Both the position numbers and the translations under genes were made by a program. Below, in pieces: positions 20,871-35,257 of a DNA stretch of 64,000 nt; position 1 is the first letter of the stretch, and each line of letters starts with the position of its first letter. The notes below the pieces were generated by a model, which was given only the letters and a program-made list of their open reading frames with translations, did no database searches and was not told where the DNA came from. Source of the stretch: the human T2T-CHM13v2.0 reference genome, Homo sapiens; assembly GCF_009914755.1 (NCBI RefSeq), contig NC_060936.1. The stretch is one strand, 5' to 3'.

Positions 20871-22105
20871 GACATGTTAGAGTTGAGGTGCTGGTGAGAC
20901 ATGCAGGCATCTGTGAATGCAAGTTGGCAGTACAGAATATTAGGACCAGAAGTACAGAACTGGAAGTCATCTTCATAGAATTGCGTGTTGAAACTGCAGA
21001 AATAGATAATTTACTAAGGGAGCAGGTGTAGGCAAAGGAAAACCAGATGGCTAAGAACAAAGGCCTGGGGAAGAAAACATGTTAAGGGAGCAAAAGGATA
21101 TGGTGAGGAAGACAAAGAGGAATGGTCAAAAAAGTAAAAGGAGTTTAATAATAATATAGGGTCAGAAGTCAAAAGAGAAGAGAATTCTGAAGAGGAAGGA
21201 AATAGTCAACAGAGAAGTTGAAAGAAAAGAATAAATGAATAAAAATGGTCCCACGACTGGAAAATTTGTAGGAGTTTTAGTTGAGTGACTTGGGAGTGAA
21301 AAAACAGATTACAAAAAGTGAAGGAAAGGAAGAGTACGTACAGGAAACGAATGTGATGTACTGGAGGCAAGAAATCTTGAATCAAGAATCCAAGGTTCTA
21401 GTCTACCATTTACCAGTTATGTAACTCGGGATACATTCCTTAAAATAGATCTACCTTAGTTTCCTCATCTGTAAATTTAAAATGGTGATGATGATACCTG
21501 CTCCATCCCTACAATGTTAGAGGAACAAATTAGAAGATACATGGAGGCACGGTGAAAACCATAAGGGACCACATATACAAATGTTATCTATCATAATTCT
21601 TTCAAGTACTTCAGCAATTGAAAGAAAAGGGAGACATGGGACAGGTACAAATAAAGTTTTGTCATTATAAGAAAGGGCCTTCTGAGCATATTTATAGGAA
21701 GAACAGACTCAGTACTATAGTCCTACACTGTCATCAATCCTAATGGACCTTCATTTGAGAGATAGGTTAGTGGCACACACTCTAGAGTCAGACTATGTGT
21801 GTTTCAATCCCAGCTCTTTTTTTTATTTTTTAGTTGTATTTCAATGACTACAAATGAATCCCAGTTCAGCTACTTAACTTCTATGCACTCCAGTTTCCTT
21901 GTCTATAAAATGGGGATAATAATAGTATCTATCTCCATAGAGTTGTGAGGATCGATGTATAAACACTTTAAAACTGTGTTTGATGGCCAGGCGCAGTGGC
22001 TCATGCCTGTAATCCCAGCACTTTAGGAGGCCAAGGCTGGCAGATCACTTGAGGTCAGAAGTTCGAGATCAGCCTGACCAACACGGAGAAACCCCATCTT
22101 TACTA

Positions 22106-22329
<224 letters not shown>

Positions 22330-22381
22330 TTAATACATAAAAGCATTGTCATATGCAAGCATACATGCTTTATGTTAAAAT

Positions 22382-23097
22382 TGAAACTACCATTACAAAA
22401 TTATAACCAAGACAGTGAAAGAGATCTGATCTGACCAACTGCATTTTGCTTCTAAACTCCAAGCTGTCCTTGTTCATTCCTGGGCATAGGCTGAACTAAC
22501 TTTGGAAGGATCTTAGTTTAGAGTTTATAGTTAAAACAAAGACAATAACAGCCTCTTCCCAAAACACCCTTCTTACCTGGGGACTAGACTACCTTTGTAG
22601 GACTAACAAATTAGCCATAAGATTAGAAATTATTGTTTAGAAATCATGCAGCTGGAGGCTACAAGATTCTGATCCTCCCCGAATTGTTCCTGGGGATAAC
22701 ACCACTATTGTAAAACCTACGATCAGTGCTTGAGATATTTTGCAAACCCTGTACTTGATAGATCAGCTGGCACCACTCAGATCAAAAAACTGGGTCATCT
22801 GATCTTGTGGCCGCCACCCAGGAACTGACTCAGTGCGCAGGAGGACAGCTTCAACTCTCTCTGATTTCATCTCTGATCCAACCAATCAGCACTCTCAATT
22901 CACTGACCTTCCCTCATCCATCAAATCAGCCTTAAACACTCTGATCCCTGAATGCTCAGGGAGACTGATTTGAATAATAATAAAACTCAGTCTCCCATAC
23001 AGGGAGCTCTATGTGAATTACTCTTTCTCTATTGAGATTCCCCTATCTTGATAAATTGGGTCTGTCTAGGCAGCAGGGAACCTATTGGGCAGTTACA
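22382..23097 (+). mobile_element. Solo ERV1 LTR (LTR8A-like), full length
   Basis: tgaaactaccattacaaaattataacc...gggcagttaca; 4-bp TSD aaat (22378-81 and 23122-25). Confidence 0.85.
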
Positions 23098-23519
23098 AAA
23101 GGAGCCTTTTGGGCAGTTACAAAATGATAGTGTTATTTGTCAACATGTTGATGACTAACATTTTCATCTGAGATGAGAAACTGCCCATCCCTTCATGGAC
23201 GGAGGAGGCAGAATATGGAATGGTCAAATGTAATACCTCTCTTAGGTCCTCTTCAGTTGGATTCTACCAAGTGCTTCTTTATTTGTTCTTTTTGTTGTTG
23301 TTGTTGTTGTGGTTGTTGAGATGAAGTCTCACTCTGTTGCCCAAGCTGGAGTGCAGTGGTGCGATCTCAGCTCACTGCAACTCCACCTCCCGGTTCAAGC
23401 AATTCTCCTGCCTCAGCCTCCCGAGTAGCTGGGACTACAGGCATGTGCCACCACGTCCTGCTAATTTTTGTATTTTTAGTAGAGGCAGGGTTTCACTATG
23501 TTGGCCAAGCTGGTCTTGA

Positions 23520-23765
<246 letters not shown>

Positions 23766-24465
23766 TAGTAGAGACGTGATTTTACTGTGTTGGCCAGGCT
23801 GGCCTCGATCTCTTGACCTTGTGATCCATCTGCCTCAGCCTCCCAAAGTGCCGGGATTACAGGCATGAGCCACCGCGCCTAGCCTCTTTATTTGTTCTGA
23901 AATAATATGAGTTTACAAAGTTGAAAGAGATTTCTACAATTCTAGGTATTTCAACTACCATAAACGAAAGAGCTAATGTTAGTAGATAAACTGTAGATAA
24001 ACTGAAGATAGGCTTTGTATAACATTCAACATAAGAAGTAGCCATAAAATGAATTTACAAACAAAACAGCAAGTAAAGACATCTATAATACGATAGATTG
24101 AATTGCCATATTCTTTAGGATGAGGCCTGGAATATGCTGAACATACAGATTGCAGAGGCACTCAGCCCAAGATTAGTATTGGGCCTTCATACTCCACAGT
24201 TGATCATCACAGCTAATATAAGAATTCATGCAATGATTCAGTTATTGAGTTGAAACTAGCAGGCTGGCACTGTGCTAGACTCGAAAGATATACTGAAATA
24301 GGTAGGGCAGAAATCCTAGCCTGAGATTTTTTTTCTTAGAAATAACATTCATAGCAACTTGTGAAAAAAGCCATGCCTGTGTCTCCAGCAGCAGTGAAAC
24401 AAGATGGTGGATCCCCTCACCATTAACCCCCATATGGAAAGGGTATATGTAATTCAGAAGGGATG

Positions 24466-24839
24466 TGTATTATGTCTGTTCTCACACTGCTATAAAGGAA
24501 TGCCTGGGACTGGGTAATTTATAAAGGAAAGAGATTTAATTGACTCACAGTACCTCAGGGCTGAGGAGGCCTCAGGAAACTTACAATCATGGCAGAAGGG
24601 GAAGCAAACACATCATTCTTCACATGGTGGCAGGGGAGAGAAGAATGAGTGCCCAGCAAAGGGGGAAGCCCCTTATAAAACCATCAGATCTCATGAAAAC
24701 TCACTATTACGAGAACAGGGTGGGGGAAACCAACCCCATGATTCAATTATCTCCACCTGATCCCGCCCATGACATGAGGGGATTATGGGAATTACAATTC
24801 AAGATGAGATTTGGGTGGAGACACAGCCAAACCACGTCA
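24466..24839 (-). mobile_element. THE1 (MaLR) solo LTR
   Basis: tgtattatgtctgttctcacactgct...gacacagccaaaccacgtca with a perfect 5-bp TSD ggatg (24461-65, 24840-44). Confidence 0.9.
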
Positions 24840-24844
24840 GGATG

Positions 24845-25400
24845 TGTAGACAACTGAAGTACAATAACATCAAGGCTGTTTTGACGTAAGGGCAGAATTT
24901 ACAGTATGTGCTCTCACACAACTTGAAATCTTAAAGGCCTTCCGGGAACAGGGTTAATCAGAAACCAACATGGCAGATTAGTACCAAAGATGGAGTTACT
25001 TTAGCTTCCAGATTCCACCCATCAATCCAGCTCTTACAGTTTCACTCGCCCTCCTATTTGGAGATGGTCCCTGAGCTTTTAGGGAGGGTGGTTTCATATG
25101 ATATAGCTTTAGCAGCAGCGCCCTAGCAGTGGAAAACAGATTGGGCCCAGAGAGATTCCAAATGAGGGAGATTCACAGGCTTTGTTGAATTATCTCTAGT
25201 CTTGAGAATACCATGACTTTGGTTTTCTCAGAAGTAAAACAAGAGATACTTCTTGTTTATAATTAATTTGAATAATTAATAATTTGAATAGTAGAAACAT
25301 AATGCATGCAAGGATTACAATCAAAAGAAAATTTGTATGCCAGAACAACAAAGAACCTATTTCGTTGGGAAGCCAACTGAGAGCAGCGTGAAGAAAATTA
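24845..25400 (-). mobile_element. Older LTR (LTR47-like) plus ERV internal fragment, host of the THE1 insertion
   Basis: Reverse complement tggaagctaaagtaactccatctttggtactaatctgccatgttggtttctgattaaccc resembles an LTR 5' end; family uncertain. Confidence 0.45.
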
Positions 25401-26396
25401 AGGCCTGACACAGGGACTCACACTCGTAATTCCAACACTTTGGGAAGCTGAGGTGGGAGGTTCATTTGAGCCTGGGAGTTAGAGATCAGCCTGGGCAACA
25501 GAGCAAGTCCCCATCTCTACAAAAACAAACAAAAATAGCCAGGTATGATGGTATGCACCCGTAGTCCCAGCTCCTTGGGCGGCTGAGGCAGGAGGATTGC
25601 TTGAGCCCAGGAGGTCAAGGCTGCAGTGAGCTATGACCACTCTACTCCAGACTGGGTAACAGAGCGAGACCCTTTCTCTAAAAACAAGAAAAAATTAAAA
25701 CCCAGTTCTCCTTTAGCGACATCTTGTAGCCACTAGCCTGACATTTTAAACACATAAATTAGAAACATGATGCAAGAGTGATTCAAGGTATTTTATATAG
25801 GAAATGCCTGGTGTAGTGTCTTGGACAGCTAAATAAAGGTAGCTGTTAAAACATTAGTTTTATTCTATGCTCTTACCATTCCTCCCTCTCCAAGTTTTGT
25901 TTGTAGTCTGTGGCAGCAACCTAGTCTGTATTTAGTACACATTGAATAATCAACAATGAAATGTAAATATTGAGCACATTGTGTGTCAAACACATGTATT
26001 AACTCAAACCTCACAGAAACCCTTTGAGGTCGGTACTATTAACAATCCCCATTTTACATACGAGTAAACTGAAGCATGGATAGACTAAAGTAAAGTGCCT
26101 GAGGTCAACTAGTGAGGAGGCGGAGTGGCAGTCAAGTCGAGGCAGCCTAAGCCTACACTGCCTCTATGTTGCATTAATAAATTAATAAATCTGTGACCAA
26201 ATAAATGAAGTGACATTTAGTAGCATCGAAAGATCCCGTGAGTAGGACTTCCCAAGAATGCTCTCCTTCTTTTCATGGACAAAATTTTAGTCTGTTTAAA
26301 ATAAATTTTGGACCGGACACCGTGGCTCACGCCTGTAATCCCAGTACTTTGGGAGGCCGAGGCAGGTGATCACTTGAGGTCAGGAGTTCGAGATCA

Positions 26397-26609
<213 letters not shown>

Positions 26610-26968
26610 TTAATTAATTAATTTTGAAAACCTGTCAGCACTCATCAGAGCTTTACACTGCTGTACTCGGGACACTTGGGGCCGTAGACAAGCAATTAAA
26701 TTGACTCACACGTGGTTAGAACCACGTCATCCTGATTCGTGAATCCGTACTCTCAACTACTAGAAGCCCTCTGTGGAATGCTCGGGGCGAACCTGACGCT
26801 TGAGCTCTGACACCACGCAGACACAGCCGGGGATTTAGGAGCTGGGTAGGGACTCCTGGGCCGGATGCCTCATCCCGGCATGCACCTCAAGCCCCGGTGA
26901 CCACGCCTTCCGGCGAGCGCCAGGGAGCGCGTGTGCGCCTCGCCGCCCGGAAGCGCCGGCCGCTCGCT

Positions 26969-26987
26969 GCATGCTGGGAGTTGTAGG
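26969..26987 (-). promoter_or_regulatory. ZNF143/SBS motif
   Basis: Minus strand CCTACAACTCCCAGCATGC versus consensus ACTACAnnTCCCAGnATGC. Confidence 0.65.
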
Positions 26988-27094
26988 CCTCCGGCGTCAG
27001 CCCGCGGGCTGCCGCCCGCACTCTCCAAGAGACTGCTGGCGCCGGCGCCCGCCCGCGCGGCACCGACGCGGGGAGCGCGCTTCGCGCTGACTCA

Positions 27095-27127
27095 GCGGCG
27101 GCGGCGGCTGCGGCGGCGGCGGCGGCG
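27095..27127 (+). repeat. (GCG)4 GCT (GCG)6 trinucleotide repeat
   Basis: Read directly. Confidence 0.95.
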
Positions 27128-27175
27128 TTAGCCGGCCCTCGCGCTCTTTCCCTTCCTGGGGCGCCGACCCCGCCC

Positions 27176-27214
27176 GCTTGCTTGCTTGCTTGCTTGCCTG
27201 CCTGCCTGCCTGCC
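27176..27214 (+). repeat. Compound (GCTT)5(GCCT)4 tetranucleotide repeat
   Basis: Read directly. Confidence 0.95.
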
Positions 27215-27666
27215 CGGCGCCACGCAAGAGAAGGTGCCAGGGGACGCAGAGCGACTAGAGGCGCGCGGTCCCGGCCAGCACCGTCTCTGGCGTTGTAGCT
27301 GCGGCCGTGGCGGAGGACTACGGCGACAAGGACGAGGGCCGCTCTCCCAGCTCTCTGCGTGCCGCGCCGCTCCGCTCCGCTGGCTGACCATCTGGAGTGC
27401 AGGCTGGGAGGCGGGATGGAGTGATAGGGAAGGTGACTCGGGGCTCGGGGGCAGCGGGACCGGGACCAGGTTTGGTCCGCGTGAGGCTTCGAGGAAGTTG
27501 GCCGGGGCGGACCGGCCCGGGGGGAGTCCCGACGCCAGGGAGGGTGCAGGCTTGGGACCCTCTATGGCGGTGCACCCCCTGGCTGGGCGGACCGGGTGGG
27601 GGTGGGTACGAGCCGGGGCCGCCGCCGAGGAGCGCGTCCCGAGTGCGTGGCCGGCGGTTGCTTGGT

Positions 27667-27675
27667 GTTTCATCA
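27667..27675 (-). promoter_or_regulatory. C/EBP-ATF (ATF4) response element TGATGAAAC
   Basis: gtttcatca on the plus strand; same 9-mer as ASNS NSRE-1; lies in CpG-island intron 1. Confidence 0.6.
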
Positions 27676-28233
27676 CCCGAATTGCCACGAGGCTTCCTTT
27701 AGGGGAGGGATCGGGGGAGGGATGGGAGCAAGGCTAGCAGAGGAGGGTCGGCATCGCCTGTGGTTCCGAAGCCCGTTAGTCATCGTTGTAGCGTTATCAA
27801 CTGTGGAGACCTCAAACTTGATTCTTCCCCCACCCCTGGACAAAAAGGAAAAGTGTTATTTCTGTGCAGTAATTGGCCAGCACGGACGCTCCATTTCTTC
27901 TCAAACCTTCCTCACCATCCTGCAGGACTAGAGAAGCATGAGGTTTCCCTGTAACCAGAAAAACGAGTACTTTTTGAAAGTGCTAATTAGTTGTGGCGGG
28001 CGGGGGTTGGGGGAGAGTTACGTTTTATTAAACCGACTTGTCAGCGTGGTGTTAAAAGGCTGGAAAGATTCAGTCGTAGTATTTGAAACAGTCTTCAGTA
28101 GGTGTAGAGGAATTTTTCCAAATTGTTTGATTCTTAATGGCTATCCAGGAAAAGTTAAGGCTTAATATTTTAAGTATGTTGCTTGCCTTCCCCCAAGAAC
28201 CTTTGCAAGATGCATAATTGTTTACCGTATTGA

Positions 28234-28428
<195 letters not shown>

Positions 28429-28678
28429 TAGAGATGGAGTTTCACCGTGTTAGCCAGGATGGTCTCGATCTCTTGACCTCGCGATCCGCCCGCCTCAGCC
28501 TCCCAAAGTGCTGGGATTACAGGCGTGAGCCACCGCGCCCGGCCTTCCACTGCATATTGATCGTCCAAATGCCTTCTATGTGGGGGATTCTTTCTGTAGT
28601 GACAACTGTTAACTAGTTTGTTTCCTTGGGTTTATTGGCTATGTTTTCCTTAGGGCCACTTCATTTTTCTCCCGATAG

Positions 28679-29553
<875 letters not shown>

Positions 29554-30717
29554 TGACTATAAACAACGTATTGAGGGCTCACTATGTGCCAGCCATGCTC
29601 TGCATACCTTATCTCTTTGAAGCCTTTACAACTTTATGAGGCATATGGTCTTTTTCCCATGTCATAGAAAGGGTTCTCTCAGGTTTTGTAAGTTGTCCAA
29701 GTGGCCCCAATTAAAAAATGACAAGATGGGGATACAAACCCAGGTCTTTGAAATCCAAAACCTATGCTCTACTATGTCCTAGGGACATAGTGATGGATAG
29801 TCAAGACAGTCCTTGCCCTTTAAGATTGTGAGAAATGGCCGGGTGGCTCACACCTGTAATCCCAGCACTTTGGGAGGCCGAGTCTGGCAGATCACCTGAG
29901 ATTAGGGGTTCGAGACCAGCCTGGGCAACATGGTGAAACCCCATCTCTACTAAAAAATACAAAAATTAGCCGGGTGTGGTGGCTCACCCCTGTAATCTCA
30001 GCTATTTGGGAGGCTGAGGCAGAAGAATCACTTGAACCCAGGAGCCAGAGGCTGCAGTGAGCCGAGATCATGTCACTGCACTCCACCCTGGGCAACAGAG
30101 TGAGACTGTCTCAAAAAAAAAAAAAAAAGATTAATGAGAGAAAACTAGTAAGCTGGCAGTGACAGCATAGCAGTGCTTAGGATGGGGCATGTAATCCAAT
30201 TTGGGAGAGTTGGACAATAGAGGTCAAAGAAGTGTTCTTGAAAGAGATGGCTTCTAAGTTGAATTTCAAAGGACAGCAGGGGTTAACCTACTAACAAGAA
30301 GAAAGAGCAGTGTGCAAAGATGAAAGGTAGAATACCACTGGAGAACTGCCATATGGTTCACTAGCACTGGCCTTGCTGACCTGGTGTGCAGAATAGTGAG
30401 GAGTTATTCAAAAGTGTTTGGATCGTAATCTGAGGGCAGTAGGGAGTTACACTGCCTTGAAGTCTGCAAGTACGTTATGAACCATAAGAGAAAGGGCTGA
30501 GCTGTCTTCAAAGCTCTCAGTCCATATCCTGAGTTATTTGATTCAGGCAGGCTCAGAGGAAAACAGAAAAGCCTATTGTAGGTATCCTGTAACCTGGACC
30601 TGAGCCTGGTTTTGCTATTCCCAAAAGGCCTTTCTCCCCTACCCCTGCTATTCCCAAAAGGCTTTTCTCCCCTACCCCCAATCCAATTAGTTTTTTGGCG
30701 TCTTTGGTTAATGGTAA

Positions 30718-30963
<246 letters not shown>

Positions 30964-31261
30964 TGACCTCAAGTGATCCACCTGCCTCGGCCTCCCAAAG
31001 TGCTGGGATTACAGGCATGAGCCAGCACGCCTGGCCCCCCACAGCGTTTAATGGAAGTAGTAAGACTTGGTCTCCCTACCTTATAGGTCTTGAGAGAATA
31101 ATATCATTTTTCACATCATTTAGAGTTTGTTCCATGTTTGCTCAAATGAATATGCATTCTATCAAAAACTAGGATGCCTTTTGCAGCTTATTATTTGAGA
31201 ATGTTGGAACCTATATTGTGAAGAAGTGGATTACCTCTCAGAGATTAAAAAAAATCCTTAA

Positions 31262-31774
<513 letters not shown>

Positions 31775-32083
31775 TAGTAAACACTCCAAAGGATATTGAA
31801 CTCTGAGGTCAGCCATTCTAATGTTTTAAAGAAGGTTTGTGATATTTGTATCTGGAAGTAGACAAATTATTATAATTACTGTAATAGTCTGCATTTGTCA
31901 TTTTTATACTTAACTGCAGTTGCACAATTGCATTTTTAAGTACTAGAGATAAGTAAAACACTGCATAAATTAGGTACTTCTACTATTTAAAGTAGAAAAT
32001 GATTACTTTCTATACCTTATTAAGAAGATCTTGAAGACTAAGAAAGCTTGAGGACCTTTATGGCATACTTTAAGATTTTTAGG

Positions 32084-32397
<314 letters not shown>

Positions 32398-32665
32398 TTA
32401 GTGGAGTAGTTAGCAGAGCCCATTTTTCTGAGAATTAGGCTCTAACTTTTAGTTGTAATTTAGATAAGTTCCAAAATAAGTTTTTAAACATTTAAGCTTC
32501 TTTGCATGATTTTATCCATTTACGTTATTCAGGATAAGCATCTATTTGTTTATCAAGTAATGTTTTCTTTCAACTTTGTTTTTTGTGGCAGATGTTTATA
32601 AATTCTTCTGTGGGATCAGAGGGCACGCCTATTACAACCAGAAAACTACAAGTATAACAGCGAGG

Positions 32666-32725
32666 ATGGATGAACAGGCTCTATTAGGGCTAAATCCAAA
32701 TGCTGATTCAGACTTTAGACAAAGG
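32666..32725 (+). CDS. XPOT: Exportin-T exon 2, coding part (MDEQALLGLNPNADSDFRQR); the exon starts at 32592
   Basis: Kozak aggATGG; acceptor ggcag|32592; donor AGG|gtaagt. Confidence 0.97.
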
Positions 32726-35257
32726 GTAAGTTACTCTGCTGAATCATTTTTTAATCATGTCACCACAGATTGGCATTAGAGGACTTGAATAAAAATGCAC
32801 CTGGCAAAAGTTTACTTTGGGTAGAAATGAACAGAAACAAAAAAATTTGAGGTATTTGAATATATTTTGAATATAGAAACAGTGAGTGTTGTGATTTATT
32901 TTCTGTTTACTTGGCCAAACAAAAGTATTAAAATCTCATATGATTCAAGGCAGATCTTTATGCAACATCAGTCATTATTTCTAATTATTTAAAAATTGTA
33001 ATGCAAAGGATTCGTTTAAGAGACTTTCCATAGCAGCAGACATGTGTATTTTATTTTCTCTTTCCTTGGCTTGATCTATACAAGCTGTTTTAACACTTAC
33101 CTTAATGATTTTTTTTTTATTTTAATTTTTTTCTAGAGATAGGGTTTCACCATCTTGCCCAGGCTGGTCTCGAACTCCTGAGCTCAAGCGATCTGCCCAC
33201 CTCAGTCTCCTAAAATGCTAGGATTATAGGCATGAGTCACCCTGCCCGGCCACATTAGTGATATTTAACTTTCTTGTTATTTGGTCTAGGCAGACATAAA
33301 TAAGCAGTTATGATAGGTTATGTCTTAAGTAAAATGGTTACATGACAAGAATCCATTATAAAGTGCTGGGATAGTTGGATAAATGTAAACAATTAAATAT
33401 AATGTAGCCTACAACTATAATCATGACTATAGCTGAATGATAGAAAAATATAAAGAATGAGCCTATAATTAATTTTTTTAAAGACGTGGGCATTTGGAAC
33501 TATAGGGTAAGTGGAAAGGAAAGAGGCATTTTCTTTTTACTTTTCATAGCAAAGAATACTTTTTATAAATGAGCTAAATGAGGTTAACAATCTCACTAAA
33601 AATTATAGCAGTTTTTATTCTTATTTTAAGAAAAAAATCTTTTAAAGCAGTAAAAAACAATCCCAACTAGTTTCTAATACAGTACCATGTGCATGTCTCT
33701 GCTACTAAATAAGTAACGAGCCCTTCAGATACAGGAAAATAATAGGAATTGAGATTTAAGTATCTGGCTAATTACAAGATACCTATCAAACAAGTTAGGA
33801 CATCAAAAGACATTTAAAATCCATGTCTTCTGTGTGTAAACAAATCTTTCTTGTCATAGGGTTTTATGCTACCTACCTTCAAACATAGTTGAAGTATCAT
33901 AGATCTTTACCTTTAGTCTAGCTTGGTATTGCATGCTTGTAATTAAAAGCCTTTGACTGTATGTTTAGTTATTAAATGGCCTTTACTGTTATTTTTATGT
34001 GCCTCTTGAAATCTTTCATTTCTTAAGTTCCAGCATCCAATTTTTGGATGAAAGAGGCATTTTCTTTGCCTCTTAAGTTCCAGCATCCAATTTTTTTAAA
34101 TGTGCCATGATTTCTTTTTCAGAAAATTAAAACCAATGCATTATTAGTGGTTTTAATACAGAAGCTCTGCTTTTTGTCAGTAAAAATGGGTTCTGTCACA
34201 TACGTGTTTTAAGCATCCAGGTCCAGGCATAATTCAGTATCCATTTAGCCAATCTGAATAACAATTTATTAGGATGAAAGGGAAGAAATCTTAAAGTGAA
34301 TTCTGAAAGCCCTTTTGTTGCAGTTCGGGAGTAGTGGAAACTTAATTCAGTTTGGTGGTGAGAAGAATGACTGTCTGCCAACCCCAATTGCTCAGTTGTC
34401 TATCTGTAATTCTCTGTTTTTTACATGGGCAATAAAAGTTGAACTGACTCTTGTCACATAGAGTCAGTCAACCATTAGAAAAAAGGTATGGGGTAGAACT
34501 AGGTGGTGAAAGCTAGGACTTGTTTGTCAGTGTTGTAGAATTTTGTTTTTTTAATTGTTAGTAATGCATAGATTCAGAATACAAAGGCTTTGTTTAAAAA
34601 CTAAAAACTTCCACGTTATCTCTCCTCTCCTTCCCCTCACCCCTGCCCCGCCCCCCGCCCTTTTTTTTTTGAGACAGAGTCTCACTCTGTTGCCCAGCCT
34701 GGAGTGGAATGGCACCATCTTGGCTCACAGCAACCTCCAACTCCCGGGTTCAAGAGATTCTCCTGCCTCAGCTGGGATTAGAGTAGCTAGGATTAGAAGC
34801 ACACACCACCACGCCTAGCTAATTTCTGTATGTTTGGTGGAGACGGGGTTTCACCATGTTGGTCAGGCTGGTCTCAAACTCTTGACCTTGTGATCTCCCT
34901 GCCTCAGCCTCCCAAAGTGCTGGGATTACAGGCATGACTCACCGCGCCCAGCCTCCTCCTTTTTTAAAAATAAAACACTCGTCTTTGGCTTAAAACCTGT
35001 TATTATTTAAAGAAAATGGTATGTCATGACATTTCTAGCAGCTGAAACCACCTCTCCCCTCTTTTGTAAGTGAAATATTAGGTGGTAATGCAACATACAT
35101 GATTAACTTCTACCTTGTCCTCTGGCCTCTGAGATATTCCTAAAGAATACCCTATGTTTCATGGACTGCTGTTAGAAACAACTAAGCTAGTACTATCTTT
35201 TATAGCTGCCTGTGTTCTTATAGTCTTAACTTCTAAAGAGAGACATTATTTACTCTG

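Larger units (their letters stand above)
27095..27432 (+). other. XPOT: XPOT exon 1 (5'UTR; TSS approximate)
   Basis: Lies in the CpG island; donor AAG|gtgact at 27432/33; joins exon 2 as ...gggaag|atgttt... Confidence 0.75.
26700..27900 (+). promoter_or_regulatory. XPOT: XPOT CpG island promoter (TATA-less)
   Basis: High CpG density; ETS CCGGAA 26947, ZNF143 motif, AP-1/ARE, E-box. Confidence 0.9.

Noticed and set aside
25113-25733. Two weaker CTCF-like motifs (about 25115 and 25716)
   Set aside because: Core mismatches or an extra base
27128-27931. Long overlapping ORFs in the XPOT CpG island
   Set aside because: GC-rich low-complexity artefacts running into intron 1; only the exon-1 part of the 27186 frame is kept as a hypothesis
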